A stretch of 64,000 nt of DNA from an uncultured Chloroflexia bacterium. Lineage in GTDB: Bacteria > Chloroflexota > Limnocylindria > QHBO01. The notes under the pieces were generated by a model. It did no database searches. It was given only the letters and a program-made list of their open reading frames with translations, and was not told the DNA's origin. A program made the translations under genes and the position numbers. Where the stretch lies: assembly GCA_963827475.1 (NCBI GenBank), contig CAWHAZ010000002.1, positions 32,001 to 96,000 of the forward strand, read 5' to 3'. Position 1 is the stretch's first letter, and the number at the start of each line of letters is the position of its first letter. Of the stretch, positions 42,486 through 52,038 are shown one piece after another.

Positions 42486-44612
42486 ATGGCCCCTCGCCGC
42501 GCCGACCAGCCCGCGACCGAGCCCGCAACCGCCGCCGACCTGGTGCGGGCGCAGGCGGTCCTGGAGTCGTTCGACCCGACCCCCGACGGCAGCCAGGTCG
42601 TGGTCGGGATCCGCCGGGTCCACGGCAACGCGTACCGATCACACCTGTGGGTGGTCCCGGCCGACGGCGGTCGGCCGCGACGACTGACCGATGGCGCGGT
42701 CCGCGACACCGGGCCGCGGGTCTCGCCCGACGGCGAGTGGGTGGCCTTCGTCCGGGCGCCGTCCCGGCAGCCCGGGGCGAAGGGCGACGGCAGTGACGAT
42801 GTCGGGCAGGCCTGGCTCCTCTCCCTGGAGCGGGGGCGGCCCCGACGGCTGACGACGCTCAAGCACGGCGTGGACTCGGTGCACTGGAGCCCCGACTGCC
42901 GGTCCCTTGCCCTGCTGGGGCCGGCTGGCGAGCCGCGCTTCGTGGTGGGCCCGGGACGGGACGGGGTGGAGCCGGTGGCACGGCACATCACCGGGACCGA
43001 TTGGCGCGACGACGCGTCGGGCCTGGTCGGCCGCCGAACGCACCTGTGGGTCCTGGATGCCACCCACCGCGGCCGCCGGGGCCCGCTCCAGCTGACCAGC
43101 GGGGACTTCGACGTCGCCAACCCCGCCTGGTCGCCGGACAGCCGGTGGATCGCGTTCGATGCCGACATGGAGCCGGACTGGAACATCCGGTACCGATACC
43201 GGATCTTCCGCGTGCCGGCCAAGGGCGGCGAGGTCACCGAGCTGGTGGGCCTGAAGGGTGACGCCCGCGCGCCGTCGTTCTCGCCGGACGGGAAGTGGCT
43301 GGCCTTTCTCGGGACGGACGTTGACGATCCGACCGTCGCCGACCCGGAGCGGGTCTGGCTCGCGACCGCTGCGGGACAGGGAGCAAGGTGCCTGACGCCG
43401 GAGCTCGACGACGGGATCGGCGGCTGGGCCTGGGCGGACCTGGCCATGGCCGAGGAGGTCGAGGCGCCGCAATGGGAGGATGCCGGCCATCTGCTGGTCA
43501 CCGTCGGGCGGCGGGGCCGAGTCCTGCCGTACCGCGTCTCGGTGCCCGGGAACGGGCTCGAGCCCCTGCTGGACGAGAACACGCGCCTGATCGCCGGGAC
43601 CCTGACCGCCCGGAACGGCCGCCGGTTCATGAGCGCCGCGCTCGACGGACAGGCCTCCGACCTGTACGAGCTGGCCGATGGCGAGCCGCGGCGGCTCACC
43701 GACCTCGGCTCACGGTGGGAGGCCCGCTTCCGGCGGTTCACCCTCGACGAGCTGGAGGTGCCGACGCCCGCCGGGCCAATCCAGGTCTGGGTCGCCTCGC
43801 CGGCCGGCGCCGGTGAGCGGCCGCTTCCCACCATCCTCCACTTCCACGGCGGTCCGAACGGGGCGTGGGGACCGGGCGGGACGATGGACAGCCTCAACCT
43901 GACCGCGCATGGCTACCGGGTCGCCATGCCGAACATCCGCGGCTCCACGACCCACGGATCGGCCTGGATCCGTGACCACATGGGAAGGTGGGGCGAGGCG
44001 GACGCGGAGGACGTCATGGCCGTGGCCGACGCCCTCGTCCAGCGCGGACTGGCGGACGAGCACCGGATGGGCCTGATGGGCCTGTCCTACGGCGGCTTCC
44101 TGACCCAGTGGATGGCGGGCTTCACCGATCGGTTCGCGGCGGCGGTCGCCGAGAACGGGGTCGGCAACGTGCTGGCGGACTGGGGCGAGGCGTACTTCGG
44201 GGTCCACTACGGCCGGCAGTACGGCCAGGGAGATCCCCTGACCGAAGAGGGGGCCGCCGAGCTGTGGCGCCAGTCACCGCTGCGGATTGCCTCGAAGATC
44301 AAGACTCCCCTGCTCCTCCTCCAGGCCGAGGAGGACCGCAACTGCCCGCCCGGGGCGAACGAGCAGCTCTTCGTCGCGCTCAAGGTGCTCGGCCGTGAGA
44401 CGGAGTACGTGCTCTACCCCGAGGAGCACCACGAGATGAAGAACTACGGCCGGCCCGACCGGCGCATCGACCGCATGCAGCGCCACCTCGAGTGGTTCGA
44501 CCGACACCTGCGCCGGCGCCAGCCGGCGCCATCGGTCAGGCGGAAGGCGGCGGTGGGACCGAAGGCGGAGGCGACTTCCGGGCGAGCCGCTGGGCGAGCC
44601 CGCCCACGGTGA
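42486..44612 (+). CDS. S9 family peptidase (acylaminoacyl/dipeptidyl peptidase) with WD40/TolB-like propeller
   Basis: SPDG repeats, HGGP, NIRGST, GLSYGG nucleophile, ED.NCP and YPEEHH triad motifs. Confidence 0.93.
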   Translation: MAPRRADQPATEPATAADLVRAQAVLESFDPTPDGSQVVVGIRRVHGNAYRSHLWVVPADGGRPRRLTDGAVRDTGPRVSPDGEWVAFVRAPSRQPGAKGDGSDDVGQAWLLSLERGRPRRLTTLKHGVDSVHWSPDCRSLALLGPAGEPRFVVGPGRDGVEPVARHITGTDWRDDASGLVGRRTHLWVLDATHRGRRGPLQLTSGDFDVANPAWSPDSRWIAFDADMEPDWNIRYRYRIFRVPAKGGEVTELVGLKGDARAPSFSPDGKWLAFLGTDVDDPTVADPERVWLATAAGQGARCLTPELDDGIGGWAWADLAMAEEVEAPQWEDAGHLLVTVGRRGRVLPYRVSVPGNGLEPLLDENTRLIAGTLTARNGRRFMSAALDGQASDLYELADGEPRRLTDLGSRWEARFRRFTLDELEVPTPAGPIQVWVASPAGAGERPLPTILHFHGGPNGAWGPGGTMDSLNLTAHGYRVAMPNIRGSTTHGSAWIRDHMGRWGEADAEDVMAVADALVQRGLADEHRMGLMGLSYGGFLTQWMAGFTDRFAAAVAENGVGNVLADWGEAYFGVHYGRQYGQGDPLTEEGAAELWRQSPLRIASKIKTPLLLLQAEEDRNCPPGANEQLFVALKVLGRETEYVLYPEEHHEMKNYGRPDRRIDRMQRHLEWFDRHLRRRQPAPSVRRKAAVGPKAEATSGRAAGRARPR

Positions 44613-45108
44613 GGGCCAGCCCGAGGGCGATGATCGCCAGCGCCCCGATGAGCCGGAACGCCTCCCCGCCGAAGGCCGTGGCCAGCGCCAGGTAGGCGAT
44701 CACCGCGGCGGCACTGAGGCCGAAGCCGATCCACTTGAACGCGGGGGCATCGGCCAGCCAGCCGGCGGCGTACAGGCCGAGCCCGAGACTGAACGGCACG
44801 ACCGTCCACAGCGTCGCCCACTCGTCCCACTCGTCGTTCAGGCTGGTGTACAGCAGCGTGCCGCCGATGAGGAGGAGCATGACCCCGGGGATGACCATCC
44901 CTGCCCGCAGCCGGCGCGAGAGGCGGGAGATGAAGATCGGAACGAGGAAGAACAGCGATCCAAGGACCAGGAGCAGGGGCCACCAGGTCAGGAGGTCGGT
45001 GTCGAAGCCGTACTGGGCGAACCACTCCCCGATCCAGGTGGAGCTGAGGACCACGATGCCGATGACCAGCAGCATCAGGCCAATGGTCAGCTCCAGGGTC
45101 CGGCTCAC
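44536..45108 (-). CDS. Hypothetical multi-pass membrane protein
   Basis: Six hydrophobic segments, WWPLLL; TATACT 7 nt before the GTG start. Confidence 0.78.
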   Translation of the reverse strand: MSRTLELTIGLMLLVIGIVVLSSTWIGEWFAQYGFDTDLLTWWPLLLVLGSLFFLVPIFISRLSRRLRAGMVIPGVMLLLIGGTLLYTSLNDEWDEWATLWTVVPFSLGLGLYAAGWLADAPAFKWIGFGLSAAAVIAYLALATAFGGEAFRLIGALAIIALGLALTVGGLAQRLARKSPPPSVPPPPSA

Positions 45109-45129
45109 GGGCGGGAGTATAGAGGCGGG

Positions 45130-46327
45130 CTAGGCCTCGCCCTCCCAGGCGGGCTGGGGCATCCGGAGCGGCTTGTCGGATCGGTAGCCGAGCAGGTAGT
45201 CCGCCTGCATGACGGTGTGGATCTGGCTCGTGCCCTCGTAGATGACCGAGCCCTTGGAGTTGCGCAGGTAGCGCTCGACCGGGTACTCGTCCGAGTAGCC
45301 GTAGGCCCCGTGGACCTGGATGGCGTCCATCGCGCTCTGCACCGCGTGGTCGGTGCAGAACCACTTCGCCAGGCTCGTCTCTCGCGTGGAACGCTCGCCG
45401 CGGTTCTTCATCCAGCCCGCCTTCCACACCAGCAGCCGGCCGGCCTGGATCCCGGCCTCCATCTTGGCCAGCATCTGCTTGACCAGCTGGTGACGGCCGA
45501 TCTCCTCCCCGAAGGTCTTCCGCTCGTGCGCGTACTTGACCGATGCGTCCAGGCACGCGACGGCGAGCCCGACACTCCCCGCGGCGACGGTGTAGCGGCC
45601 CTGGTCGATCGCGCTCATCGCGATCGTGAAGCCCTCCCCCTCCTCCCCGACCCGGTTGGCGACGGGCACCTCGCAGTCGGAGAAGTACAGGATCCCGGTG
45701 TTGCCGGCGCGGACGCCGAGCTTGCCGTGAAGCGACTCGGTGCTGAACCCCGGAAACCCGCGCTCGACGATGAAGGCCGTGATCCCCTTGTGCCCCGCGG
45801 CCTTGTCGACGGTGGCGAAGACGAGGAAATGGTCCGCCGTGTCGGCCAGGCTGATCCAGACCTTGCTGCCGTTCAGGAGGTATCGGTCTCCATCCCGGCG
45901 GGCGGTGGTGGACAGGTTGGCGGCGTCACTGCCGACCCCGGGCTCGGTCAGCCCGAACGTGGCGAGCTTCTCGCCGCGGGCCTGCGGGGCGAGGTACTGC
46001 TCCTTCTGCTCCTCGGATCGCCCACTGGAGGAGGGTCAGCGAGTTCAGCCCGGTGTGCACGCTGAGGATGACCCGGAACGCGGTGTCGGCCCGCTCCATC
46101 TCCTCGCACAGCCCGGCGAAGGCGATGTAGTCCATGCCCGACCCGCCATAGCGCTCGGGGATGGGCAGGCCCAGGAAGCCGGTCGAGCCCATTTTTTCGT
46201 ACAGGGATCGGTCATAGGTCGAGGTCGAGTCCAGCTCGTGGATGCGGGGCAGGATCTCGCGCTCGGCGAACGCGCGGGCCGTGCGCTGGACGTCGCGCTG
46301 CTCATCGGTCAGGGAGAAGTCGACCAT
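45130..46327 (-). CDS. Acyl-CoA dehydrogenase (frameshift near 46020)
   Basis: [64 protein letters not shown]. Confidence 0.93.
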
Positions 46328-46419
46328 CGGTCCGCGATTCTATCCGGCTCGCCCGGCGATCCACCGGCGTTGCGACCAGGCCACGCGGCCGGGCAAATTC
46401 CGATGGTGAGCGTCGGGTA

Positions 46420-46448
46420 TTGACGCGTTCGACCGCCGCGCCTAGCAT
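46420..46448 (+). promoter_or_regulatory. Sigma-70-type promoter for the FTR1 gene
   Basis: TTGACG (46420-46425), 17-nt spacer, TAGCAT (46443-46448). Confidence 0.75.
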
Positions 46449-46511
46449 GATCCGGGCGCAGAACCGGCCGCCGATGGACCGGAACGCAACCCCTCCACAC
46501 GGGAGCCACCG

Positions 46512-47402
46512 ATGGATCTTGGTGCCTTCACATCCGGTCTGCTCACGGGTCTCCGTGAGGGCGTCGAGGCGGCGCTGATCGTGGCCATCATCCTGGCCTA
46601 CCTCGACAAGACCGGAAACCGGCGCTACTTCCAACGGGTGTGGATCGGGGTTGGTGCGGCGGTCGCACTGAGCGTGGTGGCCGGCATCGCCCTGTGGGTG
46701 AGCATCGGCGGGCTGCCGGAGCCGGCGGAGCAGATCTTCGAGGCGGTGGCCATGATCGCGGCCGCCGGAGTGGTGACCTGGATGCTGTTCTGGATGCGCC
46801 GCGTCGCGGCCAACATGCGGGGCGAGCTGGAAGCGAGGGTCGACCGATCGCTGACCGAGGGCGCCGCGTGGGGCCTGTCCCTGCTCGCGTTCACCGCCGT
46901 CATCCGCGAGGGGATCGAGACCTCGCTGTTCCTCATGGCCCAGGCCTCGGCCGCGTCGTCCGCCGAGGCGGGGGCGGTGGCCGTCCTGACCGGGGCGGTG
47001 GTCGGCCTGCTGATCGCGGTCGCCATCGGCTTTGGCTTCTACCGCGGGGCCCGGGTCCTCAACCTGCGGACCTTCTTCCGCTGGACGGGCGTGGCCCTCA
47101 TCTTCATCGCCGCCGGCCTGCTGAGCCACGCCGTCCACGAGCTGGTCGAGATCGGGGTCATCACCTTCGGCACCGAGACCGCGTTCGACATCAGCGGCAT
47201 CCTGCCCCACGAGGGCGAGGGCTTCCTGGCCCTGATCGGCAGCCTGCTGCGCGCGCTGTTCGGCTACACCTCGACCCCGGAGTGGATCACGTTCCTCACC
47301 TGGCTCGGCTACATCGTGATCGTGCTGCCGCTCTACCTGCGGCCGGTCAAGCCGGCAGAGGCCACCACGCGGCCGGCGGAGCAGACGACCGCCCGAGCCT
47401 GA
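46512..47402 (+). CDS. efeU: FTR1/EfeU family iron permease
   Basis: Two RExxE motifs (LREGVE, IREGIE), 7 TM. Confidence 0.93.
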   Translation: MDLGAFTSGLLTGLREGVEAALIVAIILAYLDKTGNRRYFQRVWIGVGAAVALSVVAGIALWVSIGGLPEPAEQIFEAVAMIAAAGVVTWMLFWMRRVAANMRGELEARVDRSLTEGAAWGLSLLAFTAVIREGIETSLFLMAQASAASSAEAGAVAVLTGAVVGLLIAVAIGFGFYRGARVLNLRTFFRWTGVALIFIAAGLLSHAVHELVEIGVITFGTETAFDISGILPHEGEGFLALIGSLLRALFGYTSTPEWITFLTWLGYIVIVLPLYLRPVKPAEATTRPAEQTTARA

Positions 47403-47414
47403 CTCGGTCGGCGG

Positions 47415-48185
47415 TCAGTCCGAGACCGCGACCCCGACGAAGTTCAGCACCCGGCGCCATGCGTCCTGCGCGGCGTCGGCATGCTCGGCCGCGGTCCGAT
47501 CGAAGAAGGAGTGCGGGGCTCCGGGGTAGGTAACCAGCTCGTGGTCGATCCCGGCCACTTTCAGCGCTTCGTCGAAGGCGGTGATGGACTCGGGGGTGAT
47601 CCCCTCATCCGCGCCACCGAACAGGCCGAGCACCGGGCACCTGAACGCAGGCACTCTCGCAACCGGCTCGGGCAGGCCCGCTCGCCCCGGTCCGGCCACC
47701 GAGCCATAGAAGCCGATGACGCCGGCCAGGCCATGCCCCTCCCCGGCCTGCACGAACGAGGCCCGGCCGCCGAAACAGAAGCCCATGGTGTAGACCCGCT
47801 CGACGGCCCCGAGCTCCGGCGTCCGCATGGCCTCGACCGCGGCTCGGACGTCGGCGGAGATCGTCTCGTGCTGCGCGCGCTCGACGTGGGGCATGAACTC
47901 GAAGTCCGCTCCCCGGTGGCCCGGGCCTGCGGTCCGCGCGTACAGGTCAAGGGCGAGGGCATGGACGCCGGCCTCCCCCAGCCGGTTGGCGAGGTCCTCG
48001 TAGAACGGATGCAGGCCGCGGACGTCGGGCAGGATCACGATCCCCGGCCCGCCGGGCGCGGCCGCCACCGCGGCGTGCGCCGCGAAGCGGGTGCCGTCGG
48101 CGGAGATGAGCTCGAGATCCCGGGCATCGATCGCGCCGCCGCGGATTGGCGGCAGAGGCGGTCGCGCGTCCGTGGGATGGCACAT
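47415..48185 (-). CDS. Dienelactone hydrolase family protein
   Basis: GFCFGG nucleophile, FGGAD, YPGAPHSF. Confidence 0.93.
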   Translation of the reverse strand: MCHPTDARPPLPPIRGGAIDARDLELISADGTRFAAHAAVAAAPGGPGIVILPDVRGLHPFYEDLANRLGEAGVHALALDLYARTAGPGHRGADFEFMPHVERAQHETISADVRAAVEAMRTPELGAVERVYTMGFCFGGRASFVQAGEGHGLAGVIGFYGSVAGPGRAGLPEPVARVPAFRCPVLGLFGGADEGITPESITAFDEALKVAGIDHELVTYPGAPHSFFDRTAAEHADAAQDAWRRVLNFVGVAVSD

Positions 48186-48193
48186 CGGTCAGG

Positions 48194-49349
48194 TCAGGCC
48201 AGGGTGCCGCTCATCACCACCCAGGTGCCGACGACGAGGAGAGCGGCCACCCCGAGGTAGATCACCACGCGCAGGTACATCGAGGTGCTCTTGATCACCG
48301 CTCCGCTGGCGGCCTGCCACTGGCCGGCCAGGGTGAAGGCCGGCGAGGGCGGCAGGAGCCAGCCGAGGAGCAGGCCCACGGCCAGGCCGCCGATGTGGCC
48401 GGTGATGCTGATGCCGGGGAAGAAGAACGTGAACGCGAGGTTGATGACCAGCAGCGATCCGATCTGGCCGAGCACCGCCCGCGTCTGCCGGGGCAGGGCG
48501 AGGTGCCGCCGGCGGGACACGGCGAAGGCAAGGCCGAGCAAGCCGAAGATCGCGCCACTGGCCCCCACCGCCGAGCTGGTCGGGGGCGACGAGGATGGTA
48601 AGGACCGATCCTCCCGCCGCGCAGAGGAGGTAGATGGCGAGGTACTCGATATGTCCGTACAGCTGCTCGAGGAGCGGGCCGAAGAGGTAGAGGGCCCACA
48701 TGTTCAGCGCAAGGTGGAGGATCCCGAGGTGAAGGAACGCGCTGGTCAGGATCCGCCACCACTCCCCCGCTGCCACTGCGTCGGCGCTGACGTAGCCAGC
48801 CGCGAGGAGCGGACCTTCGCTCGACATCAGGCCCAGCCCGGCCATTCCGCTGAGGAACGCATCAATCGCGAATACGCCGACGTTCGCGCCGATCAGGATC
48901 CAGGTGACGAGCGGCGTGTACGTTGCGTAGGCGCCGCGGGAGCGGTTGAACTCGCGGCGAGCCGTGAAGTCGTGGCCCGTCTCCTTGGCCAGCCACGCCA
49001 GCCGGCTGGCGATCGCCGGCCGCTCGTCGGGCGGCGCTCGACGGTCCGCCTCCTTGTACGACTCCATCGCAGCGGTCAGATCGCCGTCGCGGACCTGCTG
49101 CTCGGCGACCGATCGCCACCCGATCCACGATGCGGCGCCCTCCGACCGGGCGGCCTCCATCCAGCCGTGCAGGGCTCCGGCCTCGTCATCGGTTCGATAC
49201 CGAGCCGAGCCGGTGATCATCCAGGCGGCGCCGGCGATCTCCGGATCCTGGGATCGGGTGAGCTCGGAGACGGAGGCCATCGCCTGCTCCGGATAGCCCG
49301 AGTCCAGGAGCCGGCGCGCCTCGGCCAGGGTGGCCAGGGGGTCGGACAT
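48194..49349 (-). CDS. Rhomboid intramembrane serine protease with N-terminal TPR-like region (frameshift near 48570)
   Basis: GEWWRILTSAFLH.G..HL..NM, GASGAIFG, SITGHIGG; helical TPR-like N-terminus. Confidence 0.88.
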
Positions 49350-49372
49350 GCCGGCGTAGTATGCCGCGCTAT

Positions 49373-49410
49373 GCGAACGACCGCCGGACGGTCGTCCGAC
49401 GGTCGTTCGC
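49373..49410. terminator. Long GC-rich hairpin downstream of the HTH gene
   Basis: GCGAACGACCG-c-CGGACG-gt-CGTCCG-a-CGGTCGTTCGC. Confidence 0.55.
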
Positions 49411-49463
49411 GCCCCCCTGGGGGGAGCCAGCCCGCCCGTCGCCCCGGGCGGTGAGGTATCGGG

Positions 49464-49646
49464 CTACTTGGCCCGGTGCAGGAACTCGACCACGTCTTCG
49501 TACCGGAAGCGGCGGTCTCCGCGCTTCACGACGCGGAAGAATGGCAGCTCTCCGCGGTCGCCCAACCGCTTCACGGTGTTGACGTGGAGGTGCAGCATCT
49601 CGGCCACTTCCGTGGCCGTCAGCAACCGGCCTTCGTTCTGGATCAT
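49464..49646 (-). CDS. Small excisionase/BldC-like helix-turn-helix DNA-binding protein (60 aa)
   Basis: LLTATEVAEMLHLHVNTVKRLGDRGELPFFRVVKRGDRRFRYEDV; purine-rich SD upstream of ATG 49646. Confidence 0.85.
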   Translation of the reverse strand: MIQNEGRLLTATEVAEMLHLHVNTVKRLGDRGELPFFRVVKRGDRRFRYEDVVEFLHRAK

Positions 49647-49802
49647 CTGGTTCCTGCTGTTCTCCCGCCTACTCTGGTGAGGTATGAGCCGCGCCGGCTC
49701 GGAGGGTGCTGGTCGGCGCGGCTCGTGGCCGGATAGTAGGGTTCCGGTGCCCTGCGGACCCCCGGTACGTTTGGGGAAACGCGGGAGTACATTCGGAGAC
49801 TG

Positions 49803-50243
49803 ATGACGACGCCCGATCCCCCGATCCCGATCTACGAGCGCCACGTCTTCGTGTGTACCGCCGGTGAGTGGTGCCCGGCGGTGGATGGCGACGGGCTCGG
49901 GGTGCACGCCGCGCTGAAGATGCAGGCCGAGGCGGCGGGGCTCGGCGGCCGGGTGCGGATCAACCGCTCGGGCTGCTTCTCGCAGTGCGGCAACGGGCCG
50001 ATGGTCGTCGTCTATCCCGAGGGCGTCTGGTATGCGGCCGTGTCACCGGCCGACGCGCGCGAGATCGTGGATCGCCACCTGGTTCACGGCGAGCCGGTCG
50101 AGCGGCTGCGCTTCGCCCCCGGCACGCCGGGCGCGCACAAGCTCGAGCGCGACCCTGACGGGAGACCCATCGGTCGTGTCGCTCCGTGGCCCTCCCCCGG
50201 CCGGCCGGAACGGAGCGCCGAGGCAGTCCCAGTCGACGACTAG
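49803..50243 (+). CDS. Thioredoxin-like [2Fe-2S] ferredoxin
   Basis: HVFVC...C...SGCFSQCGNGPMVVVYPEGVWY. Confidence 0.92.
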   Translation: MTTPDPPIPIYERHVFVCTAGEWCPAVDGDGLGVHAALKMQAEAAGLGGRVRINRSGCFSQCGNGPMVVVYPEGVWYAAVSPADAREIVDRHLVHGEPVERLRFAPGTPGAHKLERDPDGRPIGRVAPWPSPGRPERSAEAVPVDD

Positions 50244-51043
50244 ACCCGTGCTCCGGCGACCTCGTCGCCGCTGATCCGCTGAGCGATGTAGACGGGCACG
50301 ACGCTGAAGACGATGAGAACCATGGCCAGCACGTTCACGACCGGCAGCTCCGTCGGGCGCTGCATGGTGGCCAGGACGTAGAGCGGAATCGTCTGCGTGC
50401 CGGCGCCGGCGGTGAACAGGGTGACGATGACCTCGTCGAATGACAGGGCGAATGCAAGCAGAGCGCCGGACAGGAGTGCCGTGCGCATGCCGGGCATCGT
50501 GATCCGGCGGAACGTGATCCAGGTGTCGGCCCCGAGGTCGGCCGACGCCTCCTCCGGTGAGCGTGGCAACCGGCGCAGACGGGCGATGACGTTGTTATAG
50601 GCGATGACCACGCAGAACGTGGCGTGGCCGATGATGATCGTCATCAGTCCGAACGGGATGCCGATGGTCTGGAAAGTCGAACTGAGGGCGATGCCGGTCA
50701 CCACCCCGGGCAGGGCGATGGGCAGGACGAGCAGGAAGCTGATGGAGTCGCGGCCGAAGAACGAGAACCGCTGAACCGCCATCGAGGCCAGCGTCCCGAG
50801 GATCAAGGCGATGGTCGTCGCTCCCAGCGCCGCGAGGACGGAGTTCATGAACGCCTCCGGGATGGCCGAGTTCGCGAGGGCCTCGCCGAACCAGCGCAGG
50901 GTGAACCCGGTTGGCGGCCACTCGTTGAACGGGCTCAAGTTGAAGGCATGGATCACGACCAGGACGAGCGGGAGGTACAGGAAGCCGAGGATCACCCAGG
51001 TGGCGAGCCGCAGGCCAATCCGCACCCAGCGTGACTCAACCAT
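50240..51043 (-). CDS. Spermidine/putrescine-type ABC permease (PotC-like)
   Basis: FLYLPL, GFTLRWF, EEASADLGA, FALSFDE. Confidence 0.92.
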   Translation of the reverse strand: MVESRWVRIGLRLATWVILGFLYLPLVLVVIHAFNLSPFNEWPPTGFTLRWFGEALANSAIPEAFMNSVLAALGATTIALILGTLASMAVQRFSFFGRDSISFLLVLPIALPGVVTGIALSSTFQTIGIPFGLMTIIIGHATFCVVIAYNNVIARLRRLPRSPEEASADLGADTWITFRRITMPGMRTALLSGALLAFALSFDEVIVTLFTAGAGTQTIPLYVLATMQRPTELPVVNVLAMVLIVFSVVPVYIAQRISGDEVAGARV

Positions 51044-51058
51044 CGCCGCCCGCCGAGC

Positions 51059-51967
51059 TCACAGTGAATCGAAGGCGCCCAGCCGCCTCGCGATCAGCAG
51101 GTAGACGATCATGATCACGATCGGCACCATCGAGTACGCCGCGGCGACGGGGAAGTCGCCGAGGGCCGAGTTGTCGTAGATGACGTTGCCGATGAACTTC
51201 GCGTCGCTGACGAGGTCCGGGACGATGTAGTCGCCAAGGGTCAGCGAGAAGGTGAAGATCGAGCCGGCGACCAGGGCCGGAAACACGAGCGGCAGGACGA
51301 CCCGTCGGAACGTCGTCCGCGCCCGGGCGCCGAGGTCTGCCGATGCCTCGAGGAGCGAGCTCGGGACCCGCTCCAGCCCGGCATACAAGGGCAGGATCAT
51401 GTACGGCAGCCACAGGTAGCTGAACACGACCCACGAGTTGACCAGCTCATCGGTCCCGGGGCCCTCCATGCCAAATGGCCCAAGGAACCACGAGAGGAGC
51501 CCGTTGCCCTGGAAGATCGAGCGCCAGGCGAAGATCTTGACCAGGTATGACGCCCAGAGGGGCATGAGGATCGCCACCACCAGCAGCCCCTTCACCCGGC
51601 GGCTGGCCACACGAGCCATGTAGTAGGCGATCGGGAAGGCGAGGATCGCGTCGGTCACGGTCACCAGCAGCGCGATGCCCACCGTCCGGACGGCGATGGT
51701 GCGGTAGACCGGGTTGCCGATGATTTCCTCGAACGCCGCCAGGGACCAGTCGAACGGGTTGACCTTGCCGGTGAAGGAATCGGTCGTCCAGAACGCGTTC
51801 AGGAGAAGGATGGCCAGCGAGCCCAGGTAGACGACCACCAGCCAGAACAGGGGGATTGCCAGAAGCAGCCGCAGCTGCGTGCGCGGCCGCGCGTGGAGCC
51901 AGGTCGCGAACCGTCGCGCGCGGCTCGGCGAGGGCGCCGGGGCGAGAGCCGGGGCGTTGGTGGTCAT
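51059..51967 (-). CDS. Spermidine/putrescine-type ABC permease (PotB-like)
   Basis: PLWASYLVK.FAW, LPYMILPLY, EASADLGA, LGDYI. Confidence 0.92.
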   Translation of the reverse strand: MTTNAPALAPAPSPSRARRFATWLHARPRTQLRLLLAIPLFWLVVVYLGSLAILLLNAFWTTDSFTGKVNPFDWSLAAFEEIIGNPVYRTIAVRTVGIALLVTVTDAILAFPIAYYMARVASRRVKGLLVVAILMPLWASYLVKIFAWRSIFQGNGLLSWFLGPFGMEGPGTDELVNSWVVFSYLWLPYMILPLYAGLERVPSSLLEASADLGARARTTFRRVVLPLVFPALVAGSIFTFSLTLGDYIVPDLVSDAKFIGNVIYDNSALGDFPVAAAYSMVPIVIMIVYLLIARRLGAFDSL

Positions 51968-51978
51968 CGGTCAGGCAT

Positions 51979-52010
51979 GAGGCTCCCCGGGGCGGACCCC
52001 GGGGAGCCTC
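51979..52010. other. Intra-operonic 14-bp perfect stem-loop after the binding-protein gene (mRNA stabiliser or partial terminator)
   Basis: GAGGCTCCCCGGGG-CGGA-CCCCGGGGAGCCTC. Confidence 0.7.
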
Positions 52011-52038
52011 GATTCACTCCAGGTCGGCGGGCGGTTCG

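Noticed and set aside
49464-49646. Prophage excisionase
   Set aside because: No integrase or phage genes nearby; neighbours are ordinary chromosomal genes.
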